40,937 nucleotides of DNA from Albugo candida (taxonomy: Eukaryota): the NCBI GenBank assembly GCA_040437565.1, contig JBDOQK010000039.1, forward strand, positions 310,001 to 350,937, read 5' to 3'. The notes below the pieces were generated by a model. It ran no database searches and had not been told where the DNA came from. It was given only the letters and a program-made list of their open reading frames with translations. This document shows, piece by piece, positions 1-13,588 of this stretch. Made by a program: the position numbers and the translations under genes. How positions within the stretch are numbered: position 1 is the first letter of the stretch; every line of letters begins with the position of its first letter.

Positions 1-470
1 GATTGCTGTTGCACAACAGCAGTACAATAGTTACATGGCAATGACAGGGTTCGACCAAGTAGAACAACCAGCCACTTTTTCAACAAGGGAATTATAAATA
101 CGGCGATTATTGAGCCAACAAATGAAGACGTCGAGATAATGTTGTGTATAGAGCCACATAAATTTACGGTTTTGCCGGTAGTGTCGTAATTTGTATGCTA
201 CTCGAATGATTATCTCGTGTGTTACATTACTTTACGTAAATATGTAGCGTGTCATCGCATCATGTAGCAACTGCGTCGCGAGTAATGCATAGCAATGTAA
301 TTCTAGTTCACGTCGAACGTCTGCATTGCAAACATTCATTTTCCAAAAGGTCAAAGACTGCTCAACAGCATTATACTATCTCACTTTCTCACGTGATTTA
401 CCGGCTCTGCCCGAACACACTTTGTGTACCTTATCCAACCATTTGAAAAGAGTCTATTTCGCCGCATTGT

Positions 471-3400
471 ATGGCCATGATTGAGACTCTCACATCTACA
501 TCACTTGAAATCGGCAATGAAATTTGGATATCTGATCCAAAACAAGTTTGGCGCACTGTTAAAATAAAAAGAATTCACCAAAATGGCTTCGTTGTCGACG
601 TCGCTGGTGCGTACAAGACCGAAACTATCGATATTCGTGAAGCTGGGGGATTGTTCAAAGTGAACCCAAATGTTGTCGACGATATGACTGGTCTTTACTA
701 CATTCACGAAGCTGGTATACTACATAATCTGGCCATGCGATTGCGTCCTGAATGTTTGCGTCCATATACGTTGATGGCCAATGTATTGATTGCTGTGAAT
801 CCTTTGGTAAAAATTGTTGAACCCAAAGTGGAGGACTACATTAAAGCACAGTTGGGAGAATGCTCACCTCATCCTTATCTCATTGCGGAAATGGCATTCC
901 AGCAAATGATTTTGCAGAAGGAAAATGCTCAATCCCAGTCAATCGTTATTTCAGGGGAGTCAGGCGCAGGAAAAACAGAGACCTCGAAGGTTGTGTTACG
1001 TTTTTTGACGTCTCGGGAATATGTCTTTGCTGCAAGCAGCGAGCAATTGGTCAAGCTCCCAGCAACCAAATTGGCGGAAGTTGCGATGCCTGAGAAAGCT
1101 GATTCAATACAAAGCAGCTACGGGACTGAAATTGATAAGAGGTTATGGGACACTAATCCAATACTCGAGGCTTTCGGTAACGCGAAAACATCACGTAATC
1201 ACAATTCCTCTCGCTTTGGTAAGTACATGAATCTGCAATTTGATGATAAAAATTCCTTCAAGCTTTCGGCTGCGTTCATTGAGACATATCTGCTCGAGAA
1301 GTTCCGAGTAGTGGCACAGATCCCTGGAGAACGAAATTTTCATATCTTTTACTTTTTAATATCTGGAGCAGATGAAGAACTGCGACATGATCTCCGGCTA
1401 CATTCCGCAGAATCTTTCACATATTTGAATCGGAGTAATTGTATATCTGATCCGAACATTGATGACGAGATATTGTTTGATGAAGTCGTTAGCGCTATGA
1501 CGACAGTAAACATCGATTCAAGTATGCAAAAGGAAATATGGAAGATTTTGGCAGCTGTATTGCATCTCGGAAACATACAATTTCAATTAGCAGAGACTTC
1601 CGAAGGAGAGAGTGTCCAAGTTGCTGATCTGGACGCACTTGAGATTTGTGCTGAGTTACTGGGTGTGGACCCGGCCAACCTTTTTCGTGTCATCACGGAG
1701 CGAGAGATTGTCACTCGAGATGAGAAGATTTCGATAAAGAGAACTGTGAAAGAAGGTTGCCAAATTCGAGATACCATTGCCAAGTCAATTTATTCTCAGC
1801 TGTTCAAATGGATTGTATACAGAATTAACGTCACGCTTGGACGTAAAAGTCGGCCGCTTCCTTTTATCGGGGTGCTTGATATTTTTGGTTTCGAATCTTT
1901 TGAGAGAAATGATTTTGAACAGCTTTTGATCAATTTTGCCAGCGAGGCTTTACAAGCAACGTTCAATCAGCACGTCTTTGTTGCCGAACAAGATCTATTC
2001 AGGAAGGAGGGCATTCAGATCGGAACAATCGCGTGGCAGGATAATCGGGACTGCATCAATCTGATCACTCAAAAACTCGACGGGATATTACCACTGCTGG
2101 ATCAGGAGGCTAAGAATCCCAATCCGAGTGACAAAAAGTGGAATGCTACTTTGCATAAGACACATTGTGATCATTCGCACTTTTTACCCCCACACGAAAA
2201 AGACAAACAGTTTGTGTTTATCATAAAACACTTTGCAACGCATGTCCCCTATACAATCGGTAATTTCGTGGACAAAAACACGGATCTTATTCCTCAAGAC
2301 TTGGAGTTGTTGGTCAGATCGAGCTCGTCCCAATTATTGAGCACCTTGTTCGACTCAAAAATGGTAGTAGACCCGCAAACTAATTCTCAGAAAGAGCCGT
2401 TTTTTGATATGAAGACACTCGGAAAGAGTGTTTCTGCCAGCTTTTGCGACCAAATGCGAAATCTTGTTGATACTCTGAATTCGACGAGATGCAACTTTAT
2501 CCGATGCATCAAACCGAATTCCACAATGAAACCCAACAATTTCGATCCCGCATACGTTGTCAACCAACTTCGTTGCGCGGGAATGCTGGAGACTTGCGAA
2601 CTGCTCCAAGTGGGCCTTCCAACCCGAGTGACCTATGAAGAGATCTGCCGGATCTACAAACCTGCTTTACCTACAGCAGTAGCACCATTATTTGCCGCGT
2701 CCTCTGATAGAACGCTAACTGAAGCTATACTTTGGGCCTTCCGAGTGGACTCGGATGCCTATCACCTCGGAAGAACCAGAGTCTTCTTCAAGACAGGAAA
2801 AATTGCTTTGTTGGATGCTTTACTCACTGTCGATATGGAAAAAATGGGACCTTGGATTCTTTCTCGTCTACACAAATGGTTAGCAAGACGCCGGTGGCGA
2901 TACGCGACTGCAAAAGTTTATGGACTGCAAGCATTTAACTGGCTGCATGAGTACACAAGACAACGAAGACGAGCTGCTGTGAAAGTCCAAGCAATTTTGC
3001 GAATGGTTCAGTGTAGACGAGAGTTCCTGAGGCAACGAAATTTTCATCAGTACCTCCAAATGCGCAAGGTAACAACAAGAAAACAATTCAAACGAGCGAT
3101 GTATACCATTATTGCAAATAATGCTTTAGTGGAGCTCTGGTCGCGAGCAAAAACTCGCATCGAAATGGTTTGTAAAGTCTTCGCTTGTTTATTTGTCTAT
3201 GATTACTCACCTCCCAATCTCATTTGACGTAGCAACAAAAGCTGCAAACACAGTCAGCTGGTCTCATTCAAGCAGTTGCGCGTGGATATATAGTACGAAA
3301 AAGTTCAAAGAGTCAAAGCGTTCGAGTAAAGCAAGCCCGAGTAGGCTTGGCAGTTCAGGGAAAAACTACTGCCAAGGAACTAGAGAAAAAAATGACCGCT

Positions 3401-4903
3401 AGAAAGCGATGGCGCGTTGCTTACTGTGTAGTCAAAGTACAAAGCTACTTACAACAGCAAATGGTTTCTCGAAGTGCCGGACTACTGGCTTTGAAACAAT
3501 CCATCGTGGCTCGAAAAATTCAGCGGCAATATCGAATCTATTTGGCGCGTGCTGAGGAGCAACAGAAAACAACATTCAGAAGCGCTCAGACCGGTTCCGA
3601 AGTTGAATATGCCGCATCACAGGAACATGCTACTAGTGATGTCAAGTTGTCGCATGAAGAGGAGCTTCGTGATCTATATCGGTTACAAGATTTCAATGTG
3701 ACCAACCGTCTTAGTTCCCTTGGGCCCATGGCTACGGGAACTTTGGGAGAAGTTGGAACTGTTGGAGCACTTGGAACTGTCGAAGGTGTACATCATGACT
3801 TGAATGCGTATGAGCAAGATGCATTGAATGTCGATCCTACCAAAAACGGAGCTTATGGATCAAATGGTGTTCCCGGCTTCATGAAAAAACAGGATACATT
3901 GAAAAATGCCGATCTCAGCTGGGTTGCCGATGAAGGTCTGATTGAAGAAGGCCAGGGTGTTGCTGGGAATAGTTGCGGTGAAGAAGTGACTGAAACAAAA
4001 TGCGATTTAGACGGAGGAGGTGAAAAAACTTTGTACCGACCCTTGATGGCGGCTGAAGATGAAGCGCTCAATCCAATTGAATGCTTACAAGACTTTCCCA
4101 TTGGTCCACCTGTCCCTTACAAAGGTGGCATTTTCACATGCACATTGATTGGTCACAGAAAACAGCTAGATCAGGATTGGGGTGACGAGTATTTCGAATA
4201 CGTATTACGATGCACGTGGGGTCGTGATATACTCGAGCAATCAAAGACAGCTTGGCTTGTAGGTGGGAGATACAATGATTTTAATGTACTGCATCAAGAA
4301 TTGAAAGCAGCAGCTTCCGGTCATCGTAGAAAACGTGCTCCGTGGTTCCCTCGTTTTCCAAAACGTCATCCATTCTCAACGATGGTGGGGAAAAATCAAC
4401 GAGAACAATTTATCATCAAGCGCGAAAAAGAACTGAATCGATACATGACGCAGGTTTTGACGCAAATGCCAGATGCTTTACTCAATGTCCATTTGGATCG
4501 CTTTTTAAACCTTACGCTTCGAACACAGGATATCGGGGAGCGGGAGGCTTTTGCTGAAGCTCGAAAGCGATGGGAGGAGGAAGAACGACAAGCACTCGTG
4601 ACAGCAGCACATGCTGAACCTTTAAAGGATTCGGAGCTGCATGAGGTTGAACAACTGGTTCATCAATTATTACAGAAAATTATGCATGGAACTGGTGACC
4701 TTCGTCAGGCCACTGATCTTCAGGAAATGATTCATGCCGTCAAAGTCTTACAGCCTCGGGTCGCAGCATCAGCGCAAATAGGAGCTGGGGTTGATATGGA
4801 GCTGGTACCCTTGGCAATGCAGCTACAGGATGACATTCAAGATGCGTATAATCAATACAATGACGCATTATTGGCTGTACGACTTGGACATGATTTAAAT
4901 TAG
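471..4903 (+). CDS. Unconventional myosin, class-XXX-like (SH3-like N-terminus, motor, IQ neck, PX domain, GAT-like C-terminus); exons 471-3167 and 3233-4903, ~1455 aa
   Basis: P-loop GESGAGKT, switch I NHNSSRFGK, switch II DIFGFE, FIRCIKPN and converter LGRTRVFFK. A 65-nt phase-0 intron (GTTTGT...GACGTAG, 3168-3232) joins the two ORFs in frame and adds the IQ motif IQAVARGYIVRK. PX motifs GRYNDF..LHQEL, FPRFPKR and KREKELNRYM lie at ~4124-4513. Confidence 0.93.
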
Positions 4904-7900
4904 CTGGAAGTACCTCTGTCGAAGCGTGGTAGTTGAGAAGACCCGCTAAGAGATTTCGGCGTAGTTTCTCATCAATCTAGAAAAAATCTCGGTTGTTGTT
5001 TCATATTAGAGGCGGAATGAACGTTTCGCGATGAAGTGACTAGGAGATGTGCACTTTTATAGACGTAAACGCTGTAAAGTAAGCGTGAGCATAAAACTCA
5101 CTATTCACTTTCCAAGGGTAATGTGGTTGCTATAAAGATAAGTTTATGGAAGTGGAATTGTCTCCCTATGCATGATAGAAAAGTAATTGCACGTTGACTG
5201 GTTGCTCCAAATCTTAATTGATGGAGACTATTGGTCTCTGGCATGCTAATGTAAGAAATCGCCTGACCGGTGTTGTTGTCCCGTTCTATCGACTTTATTA
5301 TTCGAAACTAGTGACAAAATTTGCTCTAGCAACTTGTAACAAGGGACGTTAGCGTGTCTGCTGGATGAGCACCACCCTGGTCGAGCGATGCTTGAACATT
5401 TGAGCATTGGAGAATGGACCTTGTCGCACAGCTGGATAAGGCGATTTGAAGAAGATGCGAATCAAGTTAAGTCCTTCAAAAATTGAAGAAGGCCTCGCAA
5501 TGGAAGAAAAGAACGCCATATATAGATCGGTAATGAATACGAGGACGTGGAGGCTAAGGAACTTCTAAAAGATAGAGATGGTACTCGTAAAAACTTAAAG
5601 CTCGTTGAATGCATACGCCGCTAATTTATGGCTGGATAATGAAATAAGTCCATTTGGTTGTGCTTGATTTCATCACATAAGACTTCCAACCTGCTTTGTC
5701 AAGATACTTAGGCTTAGTAAACTGGTCGTGCACAAAGCTATACATTTGGCCAGTTACTGCTTCGGAAGTTTTCTTGACTCTCGAGCGCTTTGCAGCTGCT
5801 CGATGTCGATGTAGTGTACTAGTACTAGAGATGGCTGGCGCTTGTATCCAGCATCAGTATTGGATTCTGTTGACCAAAGCAGCGCGCTAATGTGACTTAA
5901 CACCATTCAATGTCACAAAGTGCTTCTTACATCAAAGTTTGTAGGAACTCAACAGGTGAATGCAGCGTAAGTTTGCAACCAATCTTTCGTTTGGCTTCGA
6001 GATATTGCCTCTTAAGGATACATACTATATAGATATTACGATATGATTTCGACCCGCTGAATTAGTTAATATGCGTCCCTTTGATCCTTGCTGTATGCTT
6101 CCATATCAATATCTCGCTCGAAGATATACTCAAAATAGAAACATGTGATTTGACCGCTTGGTATTCGATTAAGAGTCAACTGATTGAGACGTTTATCGAA
6201 GGTATCGCACACTTAGAGCTACAAGACAAAGTAAGCTACATCAATGTCGTTGGTACTTTCAGTGATGACGCTTTATTCTTTAGCAAACGTTTCTGGAGGT
6301 ACTTCGAATGGAGCTCAGTATATGGATTGATGATACCGCGATAATATGACTCATCATTCATAGCATTTTACTTTTCTGGGAAATGGCACTTGGTTTTACA
6401 TGGCCGAAACGGAAGGCAATTTTATGGTGCATAACTCATCAATCCAATTGAACAGGTTGCGCTGGTATCAGAAAATCAAAGTACTTGATATCCCAATCTG
6501 AGCGGTACACCAACAAGCCAATTCACAATATTCACAATATTCAGCAGCGACTCTACTTACGTATAAATCGGTCAATCAGGAATCAATCTATGAAGTTACC
6601 ATGCGGTTATGGTGTAGTTATACTTGATCGAATAGAATCTTCAGTGGCTAAAACCTCAATAAGGCACCGAGCAGCCTCACCCGCTATATCGACGAACACG
6701 ACACAGCTATGAAAGAGAGCTTATCGTTTCAAACCTAGTTGGGTCCTTGAACGCACTTGCATTAATATCACAATACATCGATTGCGGGAGAGTTAGACGC
6801 CCTTTTTTCGTTTGCTGCCCTATACAAAATCGCCCAATTACACTTGAAAAGCGTTATCACAAATTTCAGCCGCACGGCTCGTTTTACAATCACATGTGTG
6901 CACGAAAGCAGGCTTTGACTCTCTCAACAATATACTTGATTCCTACGCAATAACCAAAGAACCTATTTCCCAAGTAATGCAGATATTATTTTACTTATTT
7001 TATCTCCTATTCTAGCTCTATTTTCAAGTTTATTAAGATCCACCATACAGAATACTTTGCCAAGTCATACACAGAAATCCTTTGGGTTTTCAGCATCACA
7101 TAACAGACTTGTACACAAATGGCCATATGATATATGACACAAATTGTCAAGTCAAGATTTGATTGTGTAATTTGACTCACTTATAAATGATTAAGGCAAA
7201 GGCGTTTGAAGCTACCGACGATATTATAAAATATTCCGGCGAGAAATTTCATGTGGACCTGCTTAACGCGTCTTCTCGCATCCTCTTAATTGTATGAAAA
7301 GCGGCTAGAGGTAGCAATACATTGAGTGGACGCAAGTAGCTGTGGTTCTTGCTGCGCAACACGTCACGTCAAAGCGACCGAGCATCAGTAATTCAGTATG
7401 CCTCAACCAGGTATAAGATGAATATCATGCTAAGTAGGGGTGAACGAGGACAGCTTTTTTATGTATTATCCAAGTCAACGTGACAGAAGGTAAGCGCAGA
7501 AGTCGTGTATTTGAAAAGCATTTCCCTGCACCTTTTTTCGTCTCCTCCTCCTCCAATTTTTTCAGATGTTTTATCAGTCTCTGTTACTTCACTGGTGCAT
7601 GCAGTTTGGAAATGAATTTGTTTCAATTCAGCGAAGGCGGAATAATCAGGTGTGATGTTTCATTCTGACTCAGAACTACAATACTTCGTATATAAATTGC
7701 ATTCAACAGGAGCCCGAACCAAGTCGATTCATCCGCACAAATACTCACTTGAAAAGCTTTCCGTGCAACCATTATCGAACAATGATGGCCAGAAGGAGGT
7801 TGGTTCACGATATTCTGTGAGGACTACATGAATAAGAGATCCTCGAGGTCTGTTACAAATATATTGAGGTCGACGGATCTTCAGCGTACAACTTAGTGGA

Positions 7901-10900
7901 CTTCAAGTGCATACAAGACAAAGATGGATGTTTGCATTGGTGCTGCTTTCTACTGCAGAACCTTATTCCGGCTTCCGTAGTGTCATTATGCTTTATTTTG
8001 CAGACAGGCTGCATGATAATGAGCACGCTAAAAGTTCATCAAAAGTATTGGGGTTCGAGTTCGGATGGAGCGACATTATGACATGGGAAGTAGAAGCACA
8101 ATCAAGTGGATATAATCTTCATTATCATTATTGATTTGCCAGTTCCGATAAGGCTATTGATCCAAATGAAAGACATACGATCCGGTCTTCCTCTATGGAA
8201 TAGGTCATAGGGAAACAGGGACATGATGTTTTTATTCAATGTAAGGATGTGCATTAGCATCATGATCAGCGGAACCTAGGGGAGCAATTCGCGTATCGCT
8301 CAGGATGCACATTTCCAAAACGATGTGGAATATTTCATAAACACAGTGCCTTCTGATATTCTTCTGCAACACATAATATCAACCACGTGGGATAGTATAA
8401 GGCAAAGTCCCTGCGATCGTCTGATAAATCCGAGAAGCTCCGAGGCAGGAATGACATAAGTAATGCAAGTCAGTCATTTAAACTACACAGAGTACCAAAA
8501 CAAATGACGTTGTATAGAATCGACACCAAGTAATAATGTCTTTAATGGTGCAGATTCTTCGGTGCGCGTAAATGTATTTCTTCCCGTCAGATTCTGTTCT
8601 CAATGGTTACGTCTCTCGATGAAGATACTGAACCAATCTAGACATAAATCTGAATTACGGATGAAAGGACTCCAAGCAAGAGCTAACTAATGCATAATGC
8701 TCATAATGCAGCGGTAGAAGAATTCTGATCGGATGAGCTCAATTGATACTATCCTGTTGTCTCTAATGTCCGCACAGAGTATTCGATATTGCGTGTTCTC
8801 CTCTATTTTTAATAATGTCCATGCAATTGATTGGGATCGTGCTAGAATCTGCGCTCCTGTGGTATGAGGAATGCATGCCATGTCCAATAGAGCTTTCTTT
8901 AGACCAGACTTGCTCTTCTCCTGCTTTCTATTACCGTTTAATTCCCCCAGTGATAAAAATCTCGCCGGGTTTGAAATCGGATGACCTCAATGGCCAGTAG
9001 CACAATTCGTGTTTTCATATCACTGAAGAAATGTTGACTGCAAAAATGGATGTTAGCGCTGTCCTGCTAACAGGGGTTTTGACGCGCTCCTTTAAATTCT
9101 ACTTTTTTTGTGAGAAAAATGAGCGGTTAGTTACTGCGGCACTATAAGATACACATAAATGACTGACCCATTACCAGCTTGGCGACACTATATTTCGCGC
9201 ATGGTTATGCTATAATCCGTCAGAATCTATTTGACCAGGTCTTGCACGCGGACATGCCCATCGTAACTTATGGTAACATTTTTTCACGTTGTAGCACAGG
9301 ACACAGCGCCAGCCAACAAGAAGCAGAATGCACATGAAGAGCGAAACGCGCCGCTCTAGAAGTAAAAATGGGTGAGTCCCCGTGACCTTTTCCTTGTACG
9401 GGGGGGATTGAGATACCACTCGACGAATGATGGCAATATGCTCGAGATGACGGTACTGATAGCTCGTAAATAGGTATTGATTTATCAAAGACTCTCTCAA
9501 TCCATGCCCGCTCGTATTTGGTTAAGCAGGACTTCTATTACTGTACTTTTTTACTTTTTTCAAGTGATTATAGACCCTCCGTAACCTTACAATCATTTAT
9601 GCATTTTGCTTATGCTTAAGAAGACGGGCAGACTGCGCAGATACCTCGCGATCCTCGGGTCGACTTTCCTGCAGGCACTCACCTCTCACTAGGCTAGGAG
9701 TGTACAATGAATGTGTACGCTTTAGATGCCGCACTAACATAACAGAGATTCGTCCGTGGTCTCCTATAAACTGCGAAGTCACCAATCTAGAATCATACAT
9801 GGTGCGTGGCTAATAAATTACATATCAAAGCAGCATCCAGACTGCAGGAGTTGCCGGTACGTATTTGAGTGTACTATATCACTTGGTGCGGAAATGCAGA
9901 TAGCAACCACTCGATGATCAAAAGCTTATGTTACAGATCAGCAATGTGTACAGTTTCATGAGATTGACTTGTAGTCTACTTTAATTCCAGTTATAGTAAC
10001 GAAGAATACATAGCGGCATGCTCAACGTCTCAAATATTATTGTCATAATTGTATCAGAGCTGGATCGCGTGTGCTGTATGATATCCATCGCTGTTGGTTG
10101 ATCCGATCAATCCCTGTGAATTCCACTTTACTGTCATTATGCGATAAAATCAGTCAGGTGAGGAATATCCATACAAGGAACTTGACAATAATATTCTCAT
10201 TTGTTTAACGCACATCACCGTGTACAAATGATGGGAAAATGCCTGCATGAACGTGTATGCAGTATTGCCAGCCATGACGAACACGCATTGCAGCTCATCT
10301 TAGATTATTTATGGCTTTTGATAAACATCACGCGCAAAAATATGCATCCACTATCCTGCCTGCGGGACAAGTTTTACGCTATTCAGTGAGAAATGAATTG
10401 AATGAGATTTCAAACTGAAGTGCATCCTCCACCTATATCCACTGCCTCATCATATTGTTACACATTCCACATAACAAAAGAAGTACTCGATTCTGTACAA
10501 TTCCGTTGAAGTCTTCCATATTGATAGTATATGCGACCGGCACAGAAACAAAGTAGATTCTGAACTGTCGATTAATGGGACTTCTCCAGAGCTGAGCAGC
10601 CAATAGAGCTTTTGACTTGATCAAGTCGTGTGATAACTATTTTGAAGATTAGGAGACTACTCTTCATCCTCACGTACAATATTGACAGGCTCCATGGAAG
10701 AGAGTTGATGACAGATTGCACGACGATCAGTCTACCATGTGATTCATCACGTCCATTTTTCGCTGAAAAATTTGGTGGCTGGAATTATCGACATAATTCC
10801 TGTACCTGAATGATTTACTATTTTATTTGTGGTGATTCTTGACCTTCATTAACGAAGGTAATAATGCCAAATTCTACTAGAGTAGTGAATAAATTCATTC

Positions 10901-11714
10901 CAGCTCAAGAAGAATAAAGTTTGTGGTACACGAAGTGCTAGGGAATGGGATGAAGAAATTGAACGTTGCGCATTCGTAGATCAAAAGTATGGGACAAGAG
11001 TTTTGTGCATATTTTGAACGGCTGAGTAGACGGCATGCCATTTAATCATTTGAATTCGCTTCCTGTTGACTTGTAGCCCATGGTTTTGCTTGTGTGGGCA
11101 ACATGATTGTTTTGGTCTTGTACGAATATTATTTCTGAGAATTCACCTTGTTCTACGTCGCTAGATATCACGAGAATGATCGTATCTACGTCCTCTGGGT
11201 TCTGTTTAGTGGGCGAGGTCAAATTCACAATTAATTATGTGAGTACGTTTCGTTACTTCCGGTGAATTGATTGATACTGCGACATTGCGGCCGCAACTGG
11301 TTGATTATCCAGTGTGACCGTTCAAGTTTTGTCGCTAAATAGCTCAGATGCTACGTACATGTGAATCCCAGTAGCTACCTACTTTGACTTGATACAATGC
11401 CTGTATTTACTGCTGGATTTGCAGCAGCAATGACCAAAGCTTGCGTAGCTATTCGATCTTGTATCTTCCTCATGGAGCCAAGTAAATTTGATGATAGTGA
11501 CTATCCGCTGATAGTTAGAACATTAGAAATAATGTACGTAGCGTCAGGGTTGCTGAAGCGCAAGGTAATCCAGGCAGACGGGTCGTGTTTTATTCCCGTG
11601 ATAAACTGATATGAGTTATTCATTGCCCGATTCCGTCAGGTACCATTCAAAAATCGCGCCAATATTACTCGATGCAAACTTAGTTCTAATCTTATTTGAT
11701 TCAGCACTAAGAAT

Positions 11715-12178
11715 CATGCAGCTCTACCTAGACCCACTGAGTTACAATTTTTTTAGTGCTGACGTCAATGCTCTCCATTTCTACAGCAAACTAGTGGCGA
11801 AGTCTTGCAAAGCCACCTATTTCGTGCATTTCGAGTCAATGTTAGATGATGGACCATTACGAAAGACGTATAAGCGCCAGAATCTATATTAGCGGTNNNN
11901 NNNNNNNNNNNNNNNNNNNNNNNNNNNNNNNNNNNNNNNNNNNNNNNNNNNNNNNNNNNNNNNNNNNNNNNNNNNNNNNNNNNNNNNNNNNNNNNNCATG
12001 CAGCTCTACCTAGACCCACTGAGTTACAATTTTTTTAGTGCTGACGTCAATGCTCTCCATTTCTACAGCAAACTAGTGGCGAAGTCTTGCAAAGCCACCT
12101 ATTTCGTGCATTTCGAGTCAATGTTAGATGATGGACCATTACGAAAGACGTATAAGCGCCAGAATCTATATTAGCGGT
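11715..12178. repeat. Exact 182-bp direct duplicate flanking a 100-N gap (11715-11896 = 11997-12178); probable contig-overlap artefact
   Basis: One copy ends at the gap and the other starts at it; no differences seen by eye. Confidence 0.85.
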
Positions 12179-13588
12179 CATGATACCGAACACCCATGCA
12201 CACATGCCCCCTTCATGCATCTCTTGTTCGATCAAATAAGTTCCAGTATTGATTCAGCCTGCTAAATGCACATATACTCCTTGCATTCAGGTTCAATTAC
12301 TGCTGATAATTTCATCGGTGTCCTGCTATATAGAATTACAGAGAAGTAGTTCGGTAACGCAACTTGATGTTCCGATCGATATATATCTATTAAACGAGAA
12401 GTATCATCATTGTATCGGCATGTGACGGTAAGGTAAACAACACTGACCATTCGGTAGTGACAAATAAGTTTGATTAGCTATACTCATGGTGTCGAATTTA
12501 CTGAAATACTCGACCGCTGAGAACGAAGCTACTTTATTAAGCACGAGGTGGTGATATTTTCATTGAAGAACCTTGCTCTGGCGACCTTCGCATGACGATT
12601 CTTGTACTTTATACGATCATCTTTACACAGATTTGCATCGTGTATTCATTTTAGACGGGATAATAAACCACGTCACAGGCTTGCATGAGCTTCAACTCTT
12701 TCGAAATAGTGAAGTCGGTAAGTGAAGCAATAGGATTCGAGCACGTTCTTATATCTCTCAAAGATAATTTTCCGACCGATCGAAAGCTCCCTCAAATGTG
12801 GTGGCAACCGCTGATAATCAATTGATGTTTGTTCAGCAACTTTCTAAAAAGTCTTTATGTCCCTTAAGCAACACGACACCCAACAGAGATCTATCCAATT
12901 CCGCAAGCTCCAGCGCTCCAAATTGATTTACTGGTATGTTCACCACGCTTGTAGCCGGACGCATCAACTATCTATCTATATATTGAGCACCAGTGATTGA
13001 TTTTCAGAATGCTGCAAGTGGTTCGAATAGGTTTGCAATCTCTTTTTAATGGTCCTGGCAGTGTCCCCAACTTCGAACGAAAAGCTCCAATTAGAATGAC
13101 TTTTGAAATTCGCTGAATCAGGCAGGTAGATCAGTCGCCAAGTAGCGTAATTATTCTTAAAAAGGTCTTTTTCTTTGCAGTATGAGGTGTGGTTCTTGTG
13201 ATAGTATTTTGATCACAATTTACTCAGTTTGACCTTTCTATGCCCCCGTATCAGTCGAATTTGTGATCAGGTGATGCTGAAACGGGTGCTACGCACACGT
13301 ATTTTCTGCATCAACAAGCAATAAGTCTCTGAGCTGTGCCAGCACAAGATGTAGATAGTCGTCATCTCGGAATGTTTATGTACAAGTGAATATAGCGGCG
13401 ATCACTGGTGTCACCAATGTCAGCAACGCGTACCAACGGCAAGACCAGATAGCTCTCTGGATAGAAGCATGTAACTTCTTTGACCCTCCGCGTTACTGCT
13501 TATATATTGCTTAAAGTTCGATCATAGCGGGAGAAAGTACAATGCTTCATATATCATTATCCAACTGGCCGTCAATTGCAGGTTAAGG

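Noticed and set aside
4-21. Hairpin TGCTGTTG-CA-CAACAGCA, and similar small palindromes near 13934 and 16267
   Set aside because: Short isolated inverted repeats are expected by chance and have no supporting context.
3347-4903. 518-aa PX protein as a separate gene
   Set aside because: It starts at TTG, the frame is open back to the acceptor at 3232, and it splices in frame to the myosin motor.
11729-11739. TAGACCCACTG shared with the hAT end (~32381-32391)
   Set aside because: Only 11 bp with no flanking similarity; compatible with chance.
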